Below are positions 35,101 through 41,703 of a stretch of DNA of 41,703 bases, in pieces (positions within the stretch are counted from its first letter, which is position 1; each line of letters opens with the position of its first letter). The position numbers and the translations under genes were made by a program. The notes under the pieces were generated by a model. That model had not been told where the DNA came from and searched no databases. It saw only the letters and a program-made list of their open reading frames with translations. Origin of the DNA: Candidatus Woesearchaeota archaeon (lineage in GTDB: Archaea; Nanobdellota; Nanobdellia; Pacearchaeales; GW2011-AR1); assembly GCA_964430085.1 (NCBI GenBank), contig CAYSES010000002.1:1-41703 (forward strand), read 5' to 3'.

Positions 35101-36671
35101 TCATCCTCCTTTTCTTCAAAATCTAAAATTTTAATTGCTCTTGTTTTAAGATTAAACATAGGAATTTTACAAAAATCAGGCTCATTGCCCATTTTTTCCT
35201 GATAAGGAGTTTTGCTTTCCCAAGATGATGAAGAGATTGTCAAAATATTATTATAATAAGAGACGGCACTTTTGTGAGTATGAGCAGAAACAAAAATATC
35301 AGGAATCTTTTTTATGATTAATAAATCTTCTTCTGAAGGAAAATATTGTATTGAAGAATGAGTCGGAGCAAGATGTCTGTTTTTTAAAAGATATGCCATT
35401 ATTTTATCGGGGGATTCTAACGCATCGGCTTTAATTAATTTAGGAATATTATTTGCATAATAATGAAAAGAAACCCCATGATAAGTCAAAACATCAAACC
35501 CAGAAAAATTTCCAGTTGCTCCAATATTAACATAGGAAGGATTTCCGGTAAAAATAGCATTTTTCAGATCATAAAGGCTCCAAGCATATCTGTCATTTAA
35601 CAAAGGTTGGGGTTCCATTAATCTAACACCATCATGATTTCCCGGAGAAATAATTATCTTAATATCCTTCCTTATTTTTTTAAGAATTTCTGAAAGTCCG
35701 ATAAATTGTTCTTCAATATCTTTTATTTCTAAATCTCTTTCTTGATTTGGATAATTTCCTACTCCTGCAATTACATCTCCTACAAGAAAAAGATATTTTA
35801 TTTTTTTAGATTCTGGAGTATTAGGAAGATTTCCATTAATATAATTTATAAATTTCAAAAAATTCTGCTTCAAAAATAATTTACTTCCAAAATGTAAATC
35901 CCCTAAGAATAAAGCATATTCATCAATTGGAGATCTTTTTCTTTCATATAGCCTAGCTTCAGGAAAGATAATATTATTTGCAAATATGATTTCCCTATCT
36001 CCAAATCCGCTAAAACCTAATACAGAATCTAAACTAATATCCTCAGCCTTTTCGTATAATTCTGAATTGTTTTGGTTTATCAAAACCCTTATTTTACCTG
36101 TTAAATCTTCTACCTCAAGTAACATATTTCTATTTTTAGTTATATATCTTTTTGAAACAATTCCGATTATAGAAATAGCCTGTCGATTTGATGAAAGTTT
36201 ATTTATAGAAATAAGGTTTCTTAAAGAAGAATTATTTTGTAAGATTCCTTTCATTTCAAAAAGACGATTTCTAAAATATTTTATGAAATCAGATACTTCT
36301 AATTTTTTAGTAGTGGGGGTAATAAAAGGGGACAAAACCTTTACATTATCTTTATAATTTATTATTTGTAAAGATTTTTCTTCTTTAGAAAATTCCTTAG
36401 AAATTTCAATACTCAAACCTAATTTAATTTTTAAGCCTTCTAATTGTTGTTGATTTTCTTTTGGTAGATCAGAAAAAATTTGAAAAACCTTATCTTTGTT
36501 TTTATTAAAAAGAGTTTTAGTAATAATCCTTTGGTTAGTTGAATCTCTTATTTTTTCAATTATTAATTTAGCAGATTCTATATCTGTTGTTTCATTAAGT
36601 ATATTTAAAACTTCGTTATCTAATAAAAAACCTTTTTCCAAGCAAAATTTTAGAATCTCTTGAGTATCCAT
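35097..36671 (-). CDS. dp1: DNA polymerase D small subunit DP1 (Mre11-like phosphoesterase)
   Basis: Calcineurin-like motifs LGDLHFGS, GDV, GNHD and HTH. It lies between orc1 and dp2. Confidence 0.9.
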   Translation of the reverse strand: MDTQEILKFCLEKGFLLDNEVLNILNETTDIESAKLIIEKIRDSTNQRIITKTLFNKNKDKVFQIFSDLPKENQQQLEGLKIKLGLSIEISKEFSKEEKSLQIINYKDNVKVLSPFITPTTKKLEVSDFIKYFRNRLFEMKGILQNNSSLRNLISINKLSSNRQAISIIGIVSKRYITKNRNMLLEVEDLTGKIRVLINQNNSELYEKAEDISLDSVLGFSGFGDREIIFANNIIFPEARLYERKRSPIDEYALFLGDLHFGSKLFLKQNFLKFINYINGNLPNTPESKKIKYLFLVGDVIAGVGNYPNQERDLEIKDIEEQFIGLSEILKKIRKDIKIIISPGNHDGVRLMEPQPLLNDRYAWSLYDLKNAIFTGNPSYVNIGATGNFSGFDVLTYHGVSFHYYANNIPKLIKADALESPDKIMAYLLKNRHLAPTHSSIQYFPSEEDLLIIKKIPDIFVSAHTHKSAVSYYNNILTISSSSWESKTPYQEKMGNEPDFCKIPMFNLKTRAIKILDFEEKEDE

Positions 36672-36672
36672 T

Positions 36673-37887
36673 TTAATAAGATAGGGAATTTAAGATAATT
36701 TCTTTTACTTTATCAGTAATATCTTTGGTAATCGCTAATTTAATTTCCCTCATTCTTCCACCTCTCCCTTTTGAAATAACATTAACAGTAATAATTCCAA
36801 GCATGTCAAATTCCTGTATAATATCACTTACCCTTCTTTGAGTTAATGTTTCTAATTTATTTTTTATACATAAATCTCTGTAAAAATTATAAACTTCTCC
36901 TGTAAAAAGATGATGAGATGGAGTTTTTTCTGATAATTGTATAATTGAATTTAAAACAATCTGAAATTGTTTAGGCTCTGATTTAATAACATCCAAAATT
37001 TTGTCTCTTTCTATTTTATCATTAGCTTCATCAATATATTTTAAATAAATCTTTTTTGAACTGTCTCTTTCAGCAAGCTCTCCCGCTATTCTTAATAAAT
37101 CTAAAGCTCGCCTAGCATCTCCATGTTCTCTCGCTGCAAGAGCAGAACATTTGGCAATAACACCTTCTTGTACAATTCCTTCCTTAAACGCTTCTTTAGC
37201 CCTTCTATTTAATATATCTTGTAATTGAAGGGCATTATAAGGTGGAAAAACAATTTCTTCCTCTGAAAGAGAACTTTTGACTCTTGGATCTATTTGGTCT
37301 AAAAAAGTCAGGTTGTTACTAATACCTACAAGACAAATTTGAGATTTTGAGAGTTCAGAATTAATTCTAGTAAGATTATAAAGAAAATCATCTGAAATTT
37401 TTTTGGTTGTTTGATCTATTTCATCTAAAATTAAAACAATTAACTGTTTAGAAGAATCAATAACATCAATAAATTTATCATATACAGATTGGGTAGGAAG
37501 TCCTGTAGCAGGAACTTCATCTCCAAATTTTTTGATTAACTCTGCTAATATCCTATATTCTGTATCAGAAACCTTTTTTAATTTACAATTTAAATATTCT
37601 ATTTTTAATTTGAAATCTGCATCTTTTTTAGTTCTTTTTAATAATTCATCCTTAATATATTGAATAGAAAGAGTTTTGCCAGTCCCTGTTTTTCCATATA
37701 AAAAAAGATTACTGGCTCTTTCTCCCCTAAGAATAGGCGCAAGAATAGAAGCTATTTGTTTAATTTGTTTGCTTCTATGAGGAATTTCTTCTGGCTGATA
37801 ATTATTTTGCAGCATAGATTTATCTTTAAAAATTCCATTATTATCAAAAGCTTCAAAAATTTTATCAAGTTCATTATTCATAACCAT
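36673..37887 (-). CDS. cdc6: Orc1/Cdc6 replication initiator
   Basis: Walker A YGKTGTGKT, Walker B LILDEID, and a C-terminal winged helix (RRVSDIIQEFDMLGII...GRGGRMREI). Confidence 0.95.
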   Translation of the reverse strand: MVMNNELDKIFEAFDNNGIFKDKSMLQNNYQPEEIPHRSKQIKQIASILAPILRGERASNLFLYGKTGTGKTLSIQYIKDELLKRTKKDADFKLKIEYLNCKLKKVSDTEYRILAELIKKFGDEVPATGLPTQSVYDKFIDVIDSSKQLIVLILDEIDQTTKKISDDFLYNLTRINSELSKSQICLVGISNNLTFLDQIDPRVKSSLSEEEIVFPPYNALQLQDILNRRAKEAFKEGIVQEGVIAKCSALAAREHGDARRALDLLRIAGELAERDSSKKIYLKYIDEANDKIERDKILDVIKSEPKQFQIVLNSIIQLSEKTPSHHLFTGEVYNFYRDLCIKNKLETLTQRRVSDIIQEFDMLGIITVNVISKGRGGRMREIKLAITKDITDKVKEIILNSLSY

Positions 37888-37888
37888 C

Positions 37889-37917
37889 TCTCCCCCACTT
37901 TAATTTCCTATGGAAAT
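37889..37917 (-). repeat. ORB-like box 1
   Basis: The minus strand reads ATTTCCATAGGAAAT-TAAA-GTGGGGGAGA. It ends 1 nt from the orc1 ATG. Confidence 0.7.
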
Positions 37918-37989
37918 AAAAATAATTTGGAAATACCTCAACGATAATTATTTGAATAAATTATATAAATGATTATAACTACTAAGAAA

Positions 37990-38017
37990 GAAAAACACCT
38001 TTATTTCTTATGGAAAT
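37990..38017 (-). repeat. ORB-like box 2
   Basis: The minus strand reads ATTTCCATAAGAAAT-AAA-GGTGTTTTTC. Its core is exactly 100 nt from box 1. Confidence 0.65.
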
Positions 38018-38125
38018 TTATTTTTTTAATAAAATATTTTATTAATTATATATTATATATTATATATTATATAAATTTTTATAATAATAATAAGAATAAA
38101 TAAAACAAAAAATTCTTTTATAAAT
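38018..38125. other. candidate duplex unwinding element containing (TTATATA)4 at 38046..38073
   Basis: 108 nt with 3 G/C by direct count. Bracketed by inverted ORB-like boxes 2 and 3. Confidence 0.65.
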
Positions 38126-38153
38126 ATTTCCATTAGAAACTGAGGAGTGAGTG
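38126..38153 (+). repeat. ORB-like box 3 (inverted relative to boxes 1 and 2)
   Basis: The plus strand reads ATTTCCATTAGAAAC-TGA-GGAGTGAGTG. Confidence 0.65.
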
Positions 38154-38237
38154 TATAATAACTTTGCCTTTAATATCCTTCCAAAATCTATTTAATTTTA
38201 CAGAAAAGTTTATAAATTATTTTCTTTTAAGTTGGAT

Positions 38238-38498
38238 ATGCAGGGAACTAAAAACACATATAATTCTATAACTGGAAAAATGATTGTTACCAAAGAAGGT
38301 AAAAGATTAGGTTTTGTTAAAGATATAACTTTTGAGACTAAATCAGGTGAATTGATCAATATAGTGGTTAAAGATTCAACACCATACACAAAAAACCTTA
38401 ATTTAGAAAGAACAAATACTAATGATTTATTAATACCTTACAATGCTATAATAGCTATAGGTGATTTTGTAATTGTTTCAGAAGAAGATTTAATTTAA
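38238..38498 (+). CDS. PRC-barrel domain protein
   Basis: The ORF-track start at 38232 is TTG; the ATG is at 38238. GKMIVTKEGKRLGFVKDITFETKSGELINIVV...IIAIGDFVIV is the typical PRC-barrel pattern. Confidence 0.7.
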   Translation: MQGTKNTYNSITGKMIVTKEGKRLGFVKDITFETKSGELINIVVKDSTPYTKNLNLERTNTNDLLIPYNAIIAIGDFVIVSEEDLI

Positions 38499-38552
38499 TA
38501 TTCTTTTTTGAAATATAAATATTTAAAAATAATGTTTTGATTTAAAATAAAA

Positions 38553-38981
38553 ATGAAATTTATTGGGTTCAATTTTACAAAAATAAGCAGCGAACGACTT
38601 TCTCAAGATGGAAGACCTGGAAATATAAAATTTAACACTAAAATTGATATTTTATCTGTAGAATCAATAAAATCTGATTTTTTAAAAACAAAGGAAGAAA
38701 TTCTTAAAGTAGATTTTCTTTATTCTGTTTTATATGAACCTAATTTTGCTAAATTAGAACTTGCAGGAAATATATTAATCTCAGTTGAGCCTAAAATCGC
38801 TCGAGAAGTTCTAAAAAAATGGAAGGATAAAAATACCCCTGATGACTTTAGGATATTTATTTTTAATATAATTTTAAGAAAATCTAATGTTAAAGCTTTG
38901 GAATTAGAGGACGCTCTTAATATCCCCTTCCATTTACCTTTCCCTGTTTTGAATAAAGATAATCTTAAAAAAAAGGATTAA
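38553..38981 (+). CDS. hypothetical 142-aa protein
   Basis: Clean ATG ORF with no recognisable motif. Confidence 0.5.
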   Translation: MKFIGFNFTKISSERLSQDGRPGNIKFNTKIDILSVESIKSDFLKTKEEILKVDFLYSVLYEPNFAKLELAGNILISVEPKIAREVLKKWKDKNTPDDFRIFIFNIILRKSNVKALELEDALNIPFHLPFPVLNKDNLKKKD

Positions 38982-39020
38982 ATTAGCTAAATTTAAAAAA
39001 ACAGTTCTATTCTTCTTTTT

Positions 39021-39290
39021 ATGAGAATTTCTGAAGAAAAAAAAGAAAAAATTTCTGAACAAATATTAAATTTACTTTATTCATCTTCTCCAAAACCCTT
39101 ATTTACTTTAAATATAGCTAAAGAAATAGCTAGGGATGAAGAATTCATTAAATCTTTATTACTCAATCTGAAAAAAAAGGATTTAATAATAGAAATTAAA
39201 AAGAATCCTAAAGGAAAACCTTATCTTAAAAGATCTAGATGGAAATTAAGTGACAAAGTTTATCAATTCTATAAAAGCCGCCAAACTTAA
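39021..39290 (+). CDS. small winged-helix-like DNA-binding protein
   Basis: 89 aa. ISEQILNLLYSS...FTLNIAKEIARDEEFIKSLLLNLKKKDLI followed by a basic wing (KGKPYLKRSRWKL). Confidence 0.5.
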   Translation: MRISEEKKEKISEQILNLLYSSSPKPLFTLNIAKEIARDEEFIKSLLLNLKKKDLIIEIKKNPKGKPYLKRSRWKLSDKVYQFYKSRQT

Positions 39291-39328
39291 ATATAAATCC
39301 TTAAATATTATTATTTAATAAAAAAAGA

Positions 39329-39988
<660 letters not shown>

Positions 39989-40107
39989 TTATACTTTTCC
40001 TCTTCACCGAATAACTTAAAATCTCTTTTTCTGATTATTTCTCTCTTTTTTTAAATTTCTCTATCCTTCCTCCTATTTAATTCTCCCTTTGTCTGTTTTA
40101 CCTTATT

Positions 40108-40722
40108 TTATTTAGTTTTTTCCCTATTTTTCTTTCTACTAACTCTCACTTTTGTCTTTTTTAGCATCTTTTCTTTCATTTCTTCAGGTATAAACACTCT
40201 TTTTTTACCATTCTTCTCAATATCTTCCTCTATTAAACCCTCACTTTTCTGTTTTATAGCATTAATTTGCCCCCTAATTGTAGACCTCTCTTTTCCCAGC
40301 ATAGCAGCGAGATCATCATAACTCAACTTTAAATCACTATTCAATAAAATCCATAATATAGCTCTTTCAGTTACTGAAAAAACCTCTAAATTTGGTGTTT
40401 GAACACCTGTTTGAACACCTGTTTGAACAGTATAAACAGCTGTTTGTTTCTTAAACGCCCGTTTGGGTGTTTTAAACAGCGTGTTTGTTTTCAAATCATT
40501 CATTACAGAAATTACATTTTTTAATCCTTCAACATCATCTTTTATCGTCGACAAAATTTCCTTTATATCATCAATCTCTTTTTTTTGTAAATTTTTCTCG
40601 GAATCAAGGTGTTTAATCCATCCACTTACTGAAATTATGTCTTTTTTAACAGAATCAAATCCTTTTTTTGTTTCTTCTTTTATATCATCAATCTCTTTTT
40701 TTCTTCTAAACAATCCGAACAT
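40108..40722 (-). CDS. coiled-coil / VQTG-repeat linker / C-terminal HTH protein (architectural paralog of 39329..39988)
   Basis: KKEIDDIKE occurs twice in the coiled coil. Linker TAVYTVQTGVQTGVQTP. HTH VTERAILWILLNS...LAAMLGKERSTIRGQINAIKQK. Confidence 0.65.
   Translation of the reverse strand: MFGLFRRKKEIDDIKEETKKGFDSVKKDIISVSGWIKHLDSEKNLQKKEIDDIKEILSTIKDDVEGLKNVISVMNDLKTNTLFKTPKRAFKKQTAVYTVQTGVQTGVQTPNLEVFSVTERAILWILLNSDLKLSYDDLAAMLGKERSTIRGQINAIKQKSEGLIEEDIEKNGKKRVFIPEEMKEKMLKKTKVRVSRKKNREKTK
40396..40431. repeat. three tandem 12-mers TGTTTGAACACC/TGTTTGAACACC/TGTTTGAACAGT inside the CDS
   Basis: Direct reading. They encode (GVQT)n on the minus strand and create two RAACACCTGTTT sites (40401, 40413), adjacent to a perfect palindrome AAACAGCTGTTT (40434..40445). 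Confidence 0.9.
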
Positions 40723-40856
40723 ATAACTTATTATAAAAATATCTTTAAAAATGTTTGGTTTTTCGACGTTGTTACCCTAAAAAAAGATTAAAAAAATTAG
40801 CCTTTTTTCTCTTAAAATTTTTTAATTTTATGAAAAAAATAAAAAAAAAGACAGGC

Positions 40857-40910
40857 AAACACCTGTTTTAAACAGCCTTAAACAGCTGTTTGTTTTTCAA
40901 ACACCTGTTT
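40857..40910. promoter_or_regulatory. array of three 12-bp (near-)palindromes AAACASCTGTTT plus a half-site
   Basis: AAACACCTGTTT at 40857..40868, half-site AAACAGCC at 40870..40877, AAACAGCTGTTT at 40880..40891, AAACACCTGTTT at 40899..40910. They lie in the 346-nt spacer between the HTH gene and cdd. Confidence 0.6.
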
Positions 40911-41068
40911 ATTAAAAGAACTAACCTAACCTTAGTGCACGCCCCCCGATTTATGTTTTTATAAAAATAAACAAACAAACGAATTTTTTTAAAAGAAATT
41001 ATAATTAAGATAAAAAGAATATAATAAATATCAACAATCTTTTTATATTCTAATAATTAAAAATTTTA

Positions 41069-41569
41069 ATGATTGAAGTGAAATATGATGATTTAGATGA
41101 TATTGAAAAGAAAATTCTTGAAGAAGCAGACATAGTGAAGGAAACAGCCTATAACCCGTATTCTCATTTTTATGTAGGGGCTGCACTTTTATCTTTAGAC
41201 AGTCAAATAATTTCTGGTTCCAATGTTGAAAATTCTGCATATGGTTCAACTCTTTGTGCAGAAAGATCTGCAATTTTAAGGGCAAATGCTATGGGAATAA
41301 GAACTTTTTCTAAACTAGCAATAATTGCGCGAGGAGAGACATTTAATACTAACGAAGTAACTGCTCCATGTGGTGCTTGTAGACAAATGTTATATGAAGC
41401 TTCTCAAATTTCTGAAGTAAATCTAGAAATAATTCTTTCTACTACAAAAAAAGATAAGATCATCAAAACAACAATTAATGAACTTTTACCTTTAGGATTT
41501 GGTCCGAAAGACTTAAGTATTGATATTGAAAAGTATAAAAAACTAAGATCACCTAAGTTCACAAAATAG
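41069..41569 (+). CDS. cdd: cytidine deaminase
   Basis: Zinc motifs CAERSAI and PCGACRQ. 166 aa. Confidence 0.9.
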   Translation: MIEVKYDDLDDIEKKILEEADIVKETAYNPYSHFYVGAALLSLDSQIISGSNVENSAYGSTLCAERSAILRANAMGIRTFSKLAIIARGETFNTNEVTAPCGACRQMLYEASQISEVNLEIILSTTKKDKIIKTTINELLPLGFGPKDLSIDIEKYKKLRSPKFTK

Positions 41570-41620
41570 AAATTAATAGGATATAAATCTATAAAAAGAA
41601 TAAATAACTTAAACTATAAG

Positions 41621-41703
41621 ATGGAAAACAGATATAGAAAAGAGAGAAGTATTAAATTTATGAATTTAGATGGAAAAGAAGAAGAATATCAACTTCTAAA
41701 AGA
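41621..41703 (+). CDS. 5' end of a gene running off the right edge (MENRYRKERSIKFMNLDGKEEEYQLLK...)
   Basis: ATG at 41621, open to the window end. Too short to assign a function. Confidence 0.3.
   Translation, partial: MENRYRKERSIKFMNLDGKEEEYQLLK

Larger units (their letters stand above)
37889..38153. other. chromosomal replication origin (oriC): three ORB-like boxes flanking an A+T-rich unwinding element
   Basis: Directly upstream of orc1. Three copies of ATTTCCAT-WR-GAAAY followed by a G-rich string. Two are in one orientation and one is inverted, across a 108-nt stretch containing only 3 G/C. Confidence 0.75.

Noticed and set aside
38046-38073. (TTATATA)4 repeat, considered as a CRISPR-like or microsatellite element
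   Set aside because: It is too short, has no spacers, and lies inside the A+T-rich stretch bracketed by ORB-like boxes. It is best explained as part of the origin unwinding element.
39989-40107. 119-nt G-poor (polypyrimidine-rich on the plus strand) spacer between the convergent HTH genes
   Set aside because: T-tracts here are adequately explained as archaeal terminators for the plus-strand gene. There is no repeat or dyad structure beyond the composition.
40921-40955. Local GC-rich island ctaacctaaccttagtgcacgccccccgattt, considered as a tRNA fragment, att site or ORB G-string
   Set aside because: No cloverleaf or flanking tRNA-like sequence, no integrase nearby, no repeat copy elsewhere in the window, and no ORB dyad next to it. 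Left unexplained.

Overview
41.7-kb, visibly AT-rich and very gene-dense archaeal chromosome segment. The archaeal assignment rests on RadA, RPA, aEF-1beta, Orc1/Cdc6, PolD DP1/DP2 and an archaeal/eukaryal-type TyrRS. I could not find any rRNA, tRNA, CRISPR array, integrase or transposase. Small divergent proteins, frequent 1-17-nt gene overlaps and several enzymes with eroded catalytic motifs suggest a reduced-genome, DPANN-like archaeon (inference, not computed). Layout: (1) 1-4.6 kb holds ndk, radA, a YdjM-like hydrolase, RPA, aEF-1beta and a HIT protein. (2) 4.6-15.9 kb is one minus-strand super-operon for a type IV pilus-like machine. It encodes a secretion ATPase, a FlaJ/TadC-like platform, an A24 prepilin peptidase and at least eight proteins with class III (pilin-type) signal peptides. 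One of these carries a GH23 murein lytic transglycosylase domain, and there are also unannotated micro-ORFs. (3) 16-31.4 kb is housekeeping and accessory: a coiled-coil pair, a PRC-barrel/membrane operon, a Hef helicase separated from its XPF nuclease, cmk, a HAD hydrolase, an IMPDH/GMPR-like gene, LigT, an arginase-fold gene, an M16 peptidase, DUF362-ferredoxin, an FmrO/ArmA-like methyltransferase, Drg and tyrS. (4) 31.6-38.2 kb is an orc1-dp1-dp2 operon next to a clear oriC, with three ORB-like boxes around a roughly 97% A+T unwinding element. (5) 38.2-41 kb, origin-proximal, holds a PRC-barrel protein, small HTH proteins and a convergent pair of coiled-coil/repeat-linker/HTH genes. One of the pair carries a (CAGA)9 tract whose slippage would truncate it. 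The other carries 12-bp RAACASCTGTTT units in its linker, and the same units recur as an array upstream of it. (6) cdd, then a partial ORF at the right edge. The best candidates for something new are the pilin-tagged murein hydrolase inside the pilus operon and the repeat-bearing HTH pair with its palindrome arrays beside oriC.
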